Shown: positions 53,235-61,833 of the stretch, one piece after another | Layout of the letters: each line of letters begins with the position of its first letter | How positions within the stretch are numbered: position 1 is the first letter of the stretch | NCBI GenBank assembly: GCA_036406615.1 | Contig: DASXAQ010000103.1 | Span: 71,202-135,201, forward strand | DNA length: 64,000 nucleotides | Direction: 5' to 3' | Source of the DNA: Actinomycetota bacterium | Lineage (GTDB): Bacteria; Actinomycetota; UBA4738 | The notes under the pieces: model-generated | The model's database searches: none | What the model was told of the DNA's origin: nothing | Seen by the model: the letters and a program-made list of their open reading frames with translations, nothing else | Translations under genes and position numbers: made by a program

Positions 53235-54419
53235 ATGGCCTCGTCCGTGATCGTTGCAGGAGCCCGAACGCCGATCGGGAAGTTCGCCGGCGGGCTGTCC
53301 ACCGTGCCGGCCGTGTCGCTCGGCGCCGTCGCCATCCGCGAGGCGCTGGCCCGCGCCGGCGTGCCCGCGGGCGACGTCGAGTACGTGATCATGGGCCACG
53401 TGATCCAGGCCGGCGCCGGGCAGATCACCGCCCGGCAGGCCGCCATCGAGGCAGGCGTTCCGAAAGAGGTCCCGGCCGTCACGATCAACAAGGTCTGCCT
53501 GTCCGGGCTCAACGCCGTCGCGCTGGCCGACCAGCTGATCCGGGCGGGCGAGCTGGAGGTCGCCGTCGCCGGCGGCATGGAGTCGATGTCGCTGGCGCCG
53601 TATCTGATGCCGAAGGCACGGACCGGTGAGCGTATGGGCGACGCGGCCATGGTGGATTCGATGATCCACGACGGCCTTTGGTCGACGTTCACCAACCAGC
53701 ACATGGGGGAGGCCTCCGACGAGGTGAACCGCGACCTGGGCCTCGGCCGGGCCGAACAGGACGCGTGGGCCGCCCGCTCGCACGCGCGGGCCCACGACGC
53801 GTGGGAGTCCGGACGCATGGCCGAAGAGGTCGTGCCCGTGGAGGTTCCGCAGCGAAAGGGCGACCCCGTGATCGTCGGCCGCGACGAGGGCATCCGGCCG
53901 GACACGACCGAAGTCTCGCTCGCGGCCCTTCGGCCCGCGTTCCACGACGACGGGACGATCACCGCCGGCAACGCGTCGCAGATCTCCGACGGCGCGGCTG
54001 CGCTGGTGGTCATGTCGGCCGATCGGGCGTCGCGCCTCGGGCTCGAGCCGCTGGCCGAGATCGTTGCCCACGGCATGTCGGCTGAGCGCTACTCGTACCT
54101 GCACACCGTGCCGGCGATCGCGCTGCAGAACGCGCTGAAGAAGGCGGATCTGGACCCCCACGATCTCGGGCTGATCGAGATCAATGAGGCGTTCGCGGCG
54201 GTCTCGCTCAACGCGGCGCGGATGCTCGGCGCCGACGAGGACATCGTCAATGTGAACGGGGGAGCGGTGGCCCTGGGCCACCCGATCGGCGCGACGGGCG
54301 CGCGGCTCGTCCTGACCCTGGCGCACGAGATGCGCCGGCGGGGCGTCGAGTACGGCGGCGCGACCCTGTGCGGCGGCGGCGGCCAGGGCGACGCGCTGGT
54401 CATCCGGCGGCCGGCATGA
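53235..54419 (+). CDS. Acetyl-CoA C-acetyltransferase (thiolase II)
   Basis: Thiolase active-site regions (NKVCLSGL, NVNGGAVALGHPIGATG, GGGQG). Start at codon 11 of the track ORF. Confidence 0.9.
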   Translation: MASSVIVAGARTPIGKFAGGLSTVPAVSLGAVAIREALARAGVPAGDVEYVIMGHVIQAGAGQITARQAAIEAGVPKEVPAVTINKVCLSGLNAVALADQLIRAGELEVAVAGGMESMSLAPYLMPKARTGERMGDAAMVDSMIHDGLWSTFTNQHMGEASDEVNRDLGLGRAEQDAWAARSHARAHDAWESGRMAEEVVPVEVPQRKGDPVIVGRDEGIRPDTTEVSLAALRPAFHDDGTITAGNASQISDGAAALVVMSADRASRLGLEPLAEIVAHGMSAERYSYLHTVPAIALQNALKKADLDPHDLGLIEINEAFAAVSLNAARMLGADEDIVNVNGGAVALGHPIGATGARLVLTLAHEMRRRGVEYGGATLCGGGGQGDALVIRRPA

Positions 54420-55585
54420 AGGTGGCCGACCTGGCGTTCGACCTGCCGGAGGAGCTTCGCGAGTTCCGCGACGTGGTGCGCGAGATCGTGGAAACGCGGG
54501 TCGGACACAAGCGCGCGGCCGAGATCGACGAGACCGACGAGTTCCCCTGGGACGTCCACAAGCTGTTCGTTGAGAACGAGCTCATGGCCGTCGGTTACCC
54601 GGAGGAGTTCGGCGGCGCGGGCGGCGGTTCGCTGACCGTCGCCGTGATGATCGAGGAGATCTCCCGGGTCTCCGCGGGTTGCTCGCTGTTCCCCCTGGTC
54701 AGCCGCCTGGGGGCCATCCCGGTCCTGCTGGCCGGCACCGATGCGATGAAGCGCGAGCTGTTCGGCGGCATCGCCCGGGGCGACCACCTCATGTCGTACT
54801 GCCTGACCGAGCCGGGCAGCGGATCGGATTCGGTGGCCATGCGGACGCGGTACGAAGCCACCGGGGGCGGGTACCGGCTTCGCGGCACGAAGCGGTTCAT
54901 CACCGGCGCGGGGGTCTCCGACGCGTACATGGTGTTCGCCACACGCGATCCGGCCGAGAAGGCGAAGGGCATCTCCGCGTTCCTCGTCTACAAGGACGAT
55001 CCCGGCGTCTCCTTCGGCAAGGAGGAGCAGAAGATGGGCATCCGCGGGTCGCCGACGCGCGAGGTGATCTTGGAGGACGCCGAGATCCCGGGCGACCGTC
55101 TGATCGGCGACGAGGGCGAGGGCTTCGCCTACGCGATGCGGACGCTGGACTACTCCCGGCCGACGATCGCCGCGCAGGCGCTGGGGATCGCGCAGGGGGC
55201 GTTCGACTTCGCCGCCAGGTACTCGCTGTCGCGCGAGCAGTTCGGCGCGCCGATCTCTTCGCTGCAGGGCGTGCAGTTCATGCTCGCCGACATGGCGATG
55301 GAGATCGAGGCGGCACGGCTGTTGGTGTACCGCGCAGCAGCGCTCGTGGACGCGAAGGACCCGCGGATGACCGCGTTCGCGTCCATGGCCAAGTGCTTCG
55401 CGAGCGATGTCGCGATGAAGGTGACGACCGATGCGGTCCAGGTGCTCGGCGGCTACGGCTACATGCGCGAGTACCCGGTCGAGCGGATGATGCGCGACGC
55501 GAAGATCACCCAGATCTACGAGGGGACGAACCAGATCCAGCGCGTGGTGATCGCCCGCGAGATCCTGCGGGCAATCGATTCCTAA
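54416..55585 (+). CDS. Acyl-CoA dehydrogenase (short/butyryl-CoA DH-like)
   Basis: CLTEPGSGSDS and YEGTNQIQR motifs. The ATG overlaps the thiolase stop (ATGA). Confidence 0.9.
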   Translation: MKVADLAFDLPEELREFRDVVREIVETRVGHKRAAEIDETDEFPWDVHKLFVENELMAVGYPEEFGGAGGGSLTVAVMIEEISRVSAGCSLFPLVSRLGAIPVLLAGTDAMKRELFGGIARGDHLMSYCLTEPGSGSDSVAMRTRYEATGGGYRLRGTKRFITGAGVSDAYMVFATRDPAEKAKGISAFLVYKDDPGVSFGKEEQKMGIRGSPTREVILEDAEIPGDRLIGDEGEGFAYAMRTLDYSRPTIAAQALGIAQGAFDFAARYSLSREQFGAPISSLQGVQFMLADMAMEIEAARLLVYRAAALVDAKDPRMTAFASMAKCFASDVAMKVTTDAVQVLGGYGYMREYPVERMMRDAKITQIYEGTNQIQRVVIAREILRAIDS

Positions 55586-55809
55586 CCGCCGGCCTCCCAG
55601 ATGCGCTCCCAGGCGGGGCGCTCTTCGTCGAGCTGGCGAATGACCTCCTCCAGCTCCGTCGCGCGGATCACGGGCCGTCCGGCGCCGCCAACGCGAGCCG
55701 GACCCACCGGGTGCAGGCGCCCGGCGCGCATCCAGAGCTGAATCGTGTTGTAGGTCACGCCGGCCCTGCGGGCCGCCTCGTGACGGGTCAAGAGCTCCTC
55801 GCTCTGCAC
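55582..55809 (-). CDS. Excisionase/MerR-like helix-turn-helix DNA-binding protein (75 aa)
   Basis: LLTRHEAARRAGVTYNTIQLWMRAGRL HTH_17-type motif. GTG start preceded by SD AAAGGGGGG. Its stop overlaps the ACAD stop (CTAA). Confidence 0.5.
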   Translation of the reverse strand: MQSEELLTRHEAARRAGVTYNTIQLWMRAGRLHPVGPARVGGAGRPVIRATELEEVIRQLDEERPAWERIWEAGG

Positions 55810-55950
55810 ATGCCCCCCTTTCAGCACCTCGATCCTCCCGGCGACGCGAGCATCATAGCGTGCCCTGGTTGGGGCCAATGCGCAAGTTGACCGAATCCTG
55901 GCGGGTTCCCCTGGACGGCCGGCGGCCCCGCCGGGGTATGCTCCGGCTCC

Positions 55951-56481
55951 ATGGGGCCTGGTGTGGGCGAGGACCGGGGGGCTCCAAGGTCGCCGTCGGC
56001 GTCCGGCGTCGAGCTCATCCAGTACATGGAGCTCGCCGACGCGAACCTGCTGGGCAACGTCCACGGAGGCGTCGTGATGAAGCTCGCAGACACCGCCGGG
56101 GGCCTGTCGGCGATGAAGCACTGCGGGGTCCCGGTCGTCACCGTCGCCATGGACGAGATGTCCTTCATGGAGCCCGTGCGCGTCGGAGACGTCCTCAGCG
56201 TGAAAGCCATGGTCAACGACGTCGGGACCACGTCCCTGGAAGTGGGCGTGAGGGTCGAGGCCCAGAACATCGCCACGGGAAAGGTCGTCCACACCTCCAG
56301 CGCCTACCTCGTGTACGTGGCGCTGGACGCCGAAGGCCGCCCCACCCGGGTGCCGCCCATCGAGCCCACCTCCGATGCCGAACGGCGCCGTCAGGCCGAG
56401 GCGAAGCTGCGGCGCCAGGCGCGGCTGGCCAAGGCGGCGGCGATCAAAGCCGCCCGCGCGCGGGGTGAGCAGGAGGCCTGA
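55951..56481 (+). CDS. Acyl-CoA thioesterase (hotdog fold, YciA-like)
   Basis: LLGNVHGGVVMKLADTAGG matches the YciA/BFIT hotdog signature. Alternative ATG at 56026. Confidence 0.75.
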   Translation: MGPGVGEDRGAPRSPSASGVELIQYMELADANLLGNVHGGVVMKLADTAGGLSAMKHCGVPVVTVAMDEMSFMEPVRVGDVLSVKAMVNDVGTTSLEVGVRVEAQNIATGKVVHTSSAYLVYVALDAEGRPTRVPPIEPTSDAERRRQAEAKLRRQARLAKAAAIKAARARGEQEA

Positions 56482-56600
56482 GCAGCCCCAGCAGGACATC
56501 CACGCGGGGATGGGGGGGTCGGCGCTGGGGCGCCAAAACGCCAGAAGGACTCAACACCGCACCGGCGTTGCCCGCAGGGGGCGCGGGTAGGCTGACCGCC

Positions 56601-57980
56601 GTGGCATGGATCCGACGCAAGCGAGCCTCCGACGGAGCGCCGACGGCCGAAGGAAGCGTCGCCGAGACGGGAAAGCGGCACTCCGGGTTGCGCAAGAGCT
56701 TCCTGGTCGTCGCCGGCGTGCTGGCGCTGGTGCTGGCAGGCGGCTCCGCCTTCTCTTTGTCAACGATCCGGAACGTGAACAATGGAATTGGCAAGGTTTG
56801 CGTGAGCAACTGCGGCAACGAGAACCCCGATCAGACGCTCACCAATCTGGCGCCGAAATGCGTCCGCAAGGTCTGCAACTACCTCCTGCTCGGCAGCGAC
56901 AGCCGCTCGGGATTCGACAAGAAGCAGCAGCAGCAGTTCGGCAACTCCTCGAGCGTGACGGGGCAGCGTTCCGACTCCATCCTGCTGGTGCACCTGGACA
57001 TCCCCGACAACCGGACCACGGTGCTGTCGATCCCGCGCGACCTGCTGGTGGACATCCCCGGGCACGGGCAGGACAAGATCAACGCGGCCTTCGACTACGG
57101 CCCCAACGTCCTGGTGAAGACCGTCGAGAACCTCACCGGCATGCAGATCAACCACTACGTGGCGATCAACTTCACCGGGTTCACGAAGCTCGTCGACGCG
57201 GTCGGCGGTGTCCCGGTGTGCGTATCGCACCCGATGATCGACCGGCTGTCGGGCCTCTACCTTCGCCACACCGGCTGTTACCACATGGACGGCCGCACGG
57301 CCCTGGCATTCGTGCGCGCGCGCCACGTCGAGGGCGACACGATCCCGGACTTCTCCCGGATCAGCCGCCAGCAGGCGTTCTTCCGCGCGTTGATCCAGAA
57401 GATCGAGTCGGCGGACTCCATCGCGCACATCCCGGCGATCATCTCCGCCCTCAAGCACAACCTGGTGGTGGACCAGCGCCTGAACATCTTCGACATCCAG
57501 GACCTGGCCCACAGCCTGGAGAAGCTGGGCCAGGGCGGGGTGGACTTCCGGGTCGTCCCGGCGGTCCCGACGGTGATCAACGGGATCGACTACGTGACGC
57601 TGGTCTCGACGGAAGCCGACAAGTGCTTCGCGATGCTGAAGGCGAACAAGAACCTCGGCCACCTCTGCAAGGCCCTGCCATCCACCCCGGAATCCCCGGC
57701 GACCGTCCGGATCCAAGTGTTCGACGCGAACTCCGGCGGGCTCGCCGACAAGGTGGCCACCTACCTGGCCCAGGCCGGGTTCGAGGTGCAGCCGGTGCAA
57801 CCGGCGCCGTCCACGTACCACAAGAGCCAGATGCTGGTCGTGAACGGGCAGGGCGCCGCGAAGGACGTCGTGCACACCTACCTGCCGAGCCTGCACCTCA
57901 TCAAGGCCTACCAGGGCCCCCACGTGGCGGCCGACATCGTCGTCGTCATCGGCGCGGGGTACAACGGGCCGGGTTCGTAG
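56601..57980 (+). CDS. LCP (LytR-CpsA-Psr) family cell-envelope phosphotransferase with C-terminal LytR_C domain
   Basis: TM anchor, then the LCP core NYLLLGSDSR...SDSILLVHLD...RDL, then a C-terminal LytR_C-like domain. A Cys-rich insert CVSNCGN...CVRKVC precedes the core. Confidence 0.8.
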   Translation: MAWIRRKRASDGAPTAEGSVAETGKRHSGLRKSFLVVAGVLALVLAGGSAFSLSTIRNVNNGIGKVCVSNCGNENPDQTLTNLAPKCVRKVCNYLLLGSDSRSGFDKKQQQQFGNSSSVTGQRSDSILLVHLDIPDNRTTVLSIPRDLLVDIPGHGQDKINAAFDYGPNVLVKTVENLTGMQINHYVAINFTGFTKLVDAVGGVPVCVSHPMIDRLSGLYLRHTGCYHMDGRTALAFVRARHVEGDTIPDFSRISRQQAFFRALIQKIESADSIAHIPAIISALKHNLVVDQRLNIFDIQDLAHSLEKLGQGGVDFRVVPAVPTVINGIDYVTLVSTEADKCFAMLKANKNLGHLCKALPSTPESPATVRIQVFDANSGGLADKVATYLAQAGFEVQPVQPAPSTYHKSQMLVVNGQGAAKDVVHTYLPSLHLIKAYQGPHVAADIVVVIGAGYNGPGS

Positions 57981-57998
57981 CTTCGCTAGACTTCGGGC

Positions 57999-58289
57999 GT
58001 GGCCGTCCCGATCGACGTCGATCACGTTGCGCGCCTGGCTCGCCTGGAGCTCACCCCCGACGAGCGGGAGCGATTCGGGCGCCAGCTCGCGCAGATCCTG
58101 GAGCACGCCGAACGGGTCGGGCAGGTTGCGGCCGAGGACGTGCCGCCCACATCGCACCCACTGCCACGATCCAACGTGCTGCGTGACGACGAGCCGCGCG
58201 ACGGGCTGACGCACGACCAGGCGATCGCCAACGCCCCCGCGACCGAGGGCGGCATGTTCCGCGTGCCGCGCATCGTGGAGCAGGGATAG
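57999..58289 (+). CDS. gatC: Asp/Glu-tRNA(Asn/Gln) amidotransferase subunit C
   Basis: IDVDHVARLARLELTPDE typical GatC N-terminus. 96 aa. Confidence 0.85.
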   Translation: MAVPIDVDHVARLARLELTPDERERFGRQLAQILEHAERVGQVAAEDVPPTSHPLPRSNVLRDDEPRDGLTHDQAIANAPATEGGMFRVPRIVEQG

Positions 58290-58291
58290 CC

Positions 58292-59764
58292 GTGCCCGAA
58301 CTGTGCGACCGAACCGGCCACGAGCTGGCGTCGCTGTTGCGCGACGGGACCACCTCGCCTGCCGAGGTTCTGGAGTCGTGCCTGGCGCGGACCGCGGCGC
58401 TCGACGAGCGGCTGCACGCGATCCTGACGCCGACCGTCGACGAGGCGCGGGCCCAGGCTGCCGGCGCCGAGGACCGGCTGCGTTCCGGCGGCGCTTCGGC
58501 CGTGGCCGGCATCCCGCTGGCCCTCAAGGACGTCCTGTGCACCAGCGGCATCCGCACGACGGCGGGCTCGAAGATCCTCGAGCCCTACGTTCCGCCGTAC
58601 GACTGCACGGCCTGGGCCCGCCTGAAGGACGCGGGCGCGGTCCTGGTTGGCAAGACCAACTGCGACGAGTTCGCGATGGGGTCCTCGAACGAGAACTCGG
58701 CGTTCGGCCCCGTCCACAACCCCTGGGCGACCGACCTGGTGCCGGGCGGATCCTCGGGCGGCTCGGCCGCCGCCGTGGCGGCCGGCCAGGCCGTGTGGGC
58801 CCTGGGCACCGATACGGGCGGCTCGGTCCGCCAGCCGGCGGCCCTCTGCGGGGTCGTCGGGCTGAAACCGACGTATGGCCGGGTCTCCCGCTACGGGCTG
58901 ATCGCGTTCGCCTCGTCGCTGGACCACGTGGGGACGCTCACCCGCGACGTGCGCGATGCGGCGACGCTGCTGTCGGGCATCGCCGGGTTCGACCCGCTGG
59001 ACGCGACCAGCCTGCCCGACCCGCCCCGCGACTTCACCGAGGGGATCGACGGCGGCGTGCGCGGGCTTCGCGTCGGCGTCGTCGAGGACTGGCTCGGCGT
59101 GGAGGGAACCCAGCCGGGCGTTCGCGACGCGTTCCACGCGGCGCTGGACCGCCTGGACGGGCTCGGCGCCGCGGTCGAGCCGGTGAAGCTCCCGCACGCA
59201 GACTTCGCGCTGTCGGCGTACTACCTGATCGCTCCCGCCGAGGCGTCATCGAACCTGGCGCGGTACGACGGCGTCCGCTACGGCCTGCGCGTCGACGGCG
59301 ACGACGTCGTCCAGATGAACATGCGCACGCGCGGCTCGGGCTTCGGCGACGAGGTGAAGCGGCGCATCATGCTCGGAACGTACGCGCTGTCGGCGGGTTA
59401 CTACGACGCCTACTACGGCCAGGCGCAGAAGGTCCGCACGCTGGTCATCCGCGACTTCGAGCAGGCGTTCGCCGGCGTGGACGTGGTGGTGGCGCCGACG
59501 TCGCCCACCACGGCGTTTCGGATCGGCGAGCGGGTGGACGACCCGCTGGCGATGTACCTGTCCGACGTGTTCACGATCCCGGCCGACCTGGCGGGCATCC
59601 CGGCGATCAGCATCCCGTGCGGCCTCGCCGACGGCCTGCCCGTCGGCTTCCAGGTCATGGGCGCGCTGCGCGACGAGGCCACGGTGCTCCGCGCGGCCTT
59701 CGCGCTGGAGCAGGACCTGGCGTTCGACGCCCGGCCGCCGCTGGTTGCGGAGGTCGCCCCGTGA
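58292..59764 (+). CDS. gatA: Asp/Glu-tRNA amidotransferase subunit A (amidase)
   Basis: Amidase signature GGSSGGSAAAVAAG. 490 aa. Confidence 0.92.
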   Translation: MPELCDRTGHELASLLRDGTTSPAEVLESCLARTAALDERLHAILTPTVDEARAQAAGAEDRLRSGGASAVAGIPLALKDVLCTSGIRTTAGSKILEPYVPPYDCTAWARLKDAGAVLVGKTNCDEFAMGSSNENSAFGPVHNPWATDLVPGGSSGGSAAAVAAGQAVWALGTDTGGSVRQPAALCGVVGLKPTYGRVSRYGLIAFASSLDHVGTLTRDVRDAATLLSGIAGFDPLDATSLPDPPRDFTEGIDGGVRGLRVGVVEDWLGVEGTQPGVRDAFHAALDRLDGLGAAVEPVKLPHADFALSAYYLIAPAEASSNLARYDGVRYGLRVDGDDVVQMNMRTRGSGFGDEVKRRIMLGTYALSAGYYDAYYGQAQKVRTLVIRDFEQAFAGVDVVVAPTSPTTAFRIGERVDDPLAMYLSDVFTIPADLAGIPAISIPCGLADGLPVGFQVMGALRDEATVLRAAFALEQDLAFDARPPLVAEVAP

Positions 59765-61233
59765 GCGCCGCCGGCACGGCCACCGACGTCGAGGCCGTCA
59801 TCGGCCTGGAGTGCCACGTCGAGCTCTCGACGCGGACGAAGATGTTCTGCGGGTGCCGCAACGCGTTCGGGGCGCCTCCCAACTCGAACGTGTGCCCGAT
59901 CTGTCTGGGCCACCCCGGCACGATGCCGGTGCCGAACCGCACCGCGATCGAGTACATCGTGCGGATCGGGCTGGCGCTCGACTGCCGGATCGCCCCGGAT
60001 TCGCTGTTCCATCGCAAGAACTACTTCTATCCGGACATGCCGAAGAACTTCCAGATCTCCCAGTACGACCTGCCGATTTGCGTCGACGGGCACCTCGACG
60101 TGCAGGTGGATGGCGAGAGCAGAAGGATCGGGATCACGCGCGTGCACATGGAGGAGGACACGGGCAAGACCTCGCACGCCGGAACGACCGGCCGCATCGC
60201 CCAGGCCGAGTACGCGCTCGAGGACTACAACCGTGCCGGCGTGCCGCTGGTCGAGGTCGTCTCCGAGCCCGACATCCGCTCGCCCGAGGAGGCTCGCGCC
60301 TACCTGACGGAGCTGCGCGCCGTGCTGCAGACGCTGGGCGTGTCCGACGTCCGCATGGAGGAGGGGTCGCTGCGATGCGACGCGAACATCAGCGTGCGCC
60401 CCGTGGGCAGCGTCGAGCTCGGGACGAAGGTCGAGATCAAGAACATGAACTCGATCCGATCCGTCGAGCGCGCGCTGCGGTTCGAACGCGACCGTCAGCG
60501 GGCGGCCCTGGAATCGGGCGAGCCCATCGCGCAGGAGACCCGGCACTACGACGAGAACACGGGCGCAACGTCGTCGATGCGATCGAAGGAGTTCGCGTTC
60601 GACTACCGCTACTTCCCCGAACCCGACCTGACGCCGCTCGAGCCCGAGCCGGCGTGGGTGGAGGAGATCCGCGCCGCGCTGCCGGAGCTTCCGGCCGCCC
60701 GGCGGGCGCGCTTCGAGACCGAGTACGGGTTGTCCCCGCAGCAGTCGGGCGTCGTCGGCGGGCAGTCCGACTGGGCGTCGTTCTTCGAGGACGCCGTCGC
60801 CCTGGGCGCGGACGCGCCCTCGGTGGCCAACTGGACGGCGGGGGACCTGGCGGCGCTGGTCAACGAGTCCGGGGACGGGCTGGGCGCGTCGAAGGTCACC
60901 CCGGCGCACATCGCGGACCTGGTCCGCCTGGTCGATGACGGCGTGCTGAGCTCTGCCGGCGCCAAGGCGGCGCTCGCCGAGGCGTTCGCGTCCGGCGAGC
61001 CGATCGAGGCGATCGTCGAAGCGAAGGGGTTGCGACAGGTGTCGGACGAGGGCGCTCTGGAGTCGGTGATCGACGAGGTCATCGCCGAGAATCCCGGGCC
61101 GGTCCAGCAGTACCTCGGTGGCAAGGACGGGGCGATCAACGCCCTGGTGGGGCCCGTCATGAAGAAGACCAAGGGCTCGGCCAACCCCGCGGTCGTGCAG
61201 GAGATCCTTCGCCGGCGCCTGGCCCGCCCCTGA
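59761..61233 (+). CDS. gatB: Asp/Glu-tRNA amidotransferase subunit B
   Basis: GLECHVEL and Zn-binding CGCRNAFGA motifs. The GTG overlaps the gatA stop (GTGA). It sits inside the fused track ORF 58303..61233. Confidence 0.92.
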   Translation: MSAAGTATDVEAVIGLECHVELSTRTKMFCGCRNAFGAPPNSNVCPICLGHPGTMPVPNRTAIEYIVRIGLALDCRIAPDSLFHRKNYFYPDMPKNFQISQYDLPICVDGHLDVQVDGESRRIGITRVHMEEDTGKTSHAGTTGRIAQAEYALEDYNRAGVPLVEVVSEPDIRSPEEARAYLTELRAVLQTLGVSDVRMEEGSLRCDANISVRPVGSVELGTKVEIKNMNSIRSVERALRFERDRQRAALESGEPIAQETRHYDENTGATSSMRSKEFAFDYRYFPEPDLTPLEPEPAWVEEIRAALPELPAARRARFETEYGLSPQQSGVVGGQSDWASFFEDAVALGADAPSVANWTAGDLAALVNESGDGLGASKVTPAHIADLVRLVDDGVLSSAGAKAALAEAFASGEPIEAIVEAKGLRQVSDEGALESVIDEVIAENPGPVQQYLGGKDGAINALVGPVMKKTKGSANPAVVQEILRRRLARP

Positions 61234-61469
61234 CCGATCCCCCGGGCGTCCGGGAACGTACCCCCTCGTGGCTGGGTTCAAGATCGAAGGACGCCCCTTC
61301 CGATGGGGAAGTGGGCGAAATCGGCGAAGATAGAGGGGTCATGTACGCAATCGTCAACCACGTCGCCTGAGAGCTGAACCAGCAGCAGAGGTTCGCCGAA
61401 GCGCGGCGAGCCTCCGCGGTCAGGGCGGTCGCCCGGGCGAAGAAGCACGCGAAGAAGAACGGTGGCGCG

Positions 61470-61748
61470 GTGAGCCTGACCGGCTACGGCGTCAGCGCGT
61501 CTGCGGCGAGCCCGAACGGCTCGAGCCCGCACCTCAACGGTTCGAGCCCGAACGGGTCGGGCCATCCGAACGGCACGAACCCGAACGGGTCGAGCGCACA
61601 CGCGAACGGGTCGAGCCCGAACGGGGACCACGACGGTCACACGCGGCGGCGCTTCTGGCTGTTCGGCCGTCCGAGGCGCGAGCGGATCGTGGACGTCCAC
61701 GAGTTCCGGCCGACCGGCGAGGACGTCTACAAGGCGTTCCGGTACTGA
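61470..61748 (+). CDS. Small (92 aa) protein with N-terminal N-G-S-S-P low-complexity repeats and basic/aromatic C-terminus
   Basis: GC-rich third codon positions across the frame. GTG start. The antisense ORF 61278..61814 is Arg-rich, which is typical of an artefact. Confidence 0.45.
   Translation: MSLTGYGVSASAASPNGSSPHLNGSSPNGSGHPNGTNPNGSSAHANGSSPNGDHDGHTRRRFWLFGRPRRERIVDVHEFRPTGEDVYKAFRY
61509..61628 (+). repeat. Imperfect tandem 15-21-nt repeats CCGAACGG(N)TCGAGC, about five copies (encode NGSSP units)
   Basis: The repeat is visible directly in the nucleotide sequence. Confidence 0.5.
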
Positions 61749-61833
61749 CGGCCGCCGGCCGCGCCGGGGGCGGATGGTAGGCTGGCCGAACCGTTTCGCT
61801 GGAGCGCACACCACCGCTCAGGAGGGGGCGTAC

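Noticed and set aside
55582-55809. Prophage / integrative element inferred from the excisionase-like gene
   Set aside because: There is no integrase, recombinase, tRNA, att-like direct repeat, phage structural gene or GC anomaly in the surrounding 10 kb.
61368-61370. In-frame TGA read as selenocysteine
   Set aside because: There is no convincing SECIS-like stem-loop within about 11 nt downstream, and no other selenoprotein context. A leader peptide or plain stop is more parsimonious. It is kept as a finding only for the in-frame relationship.
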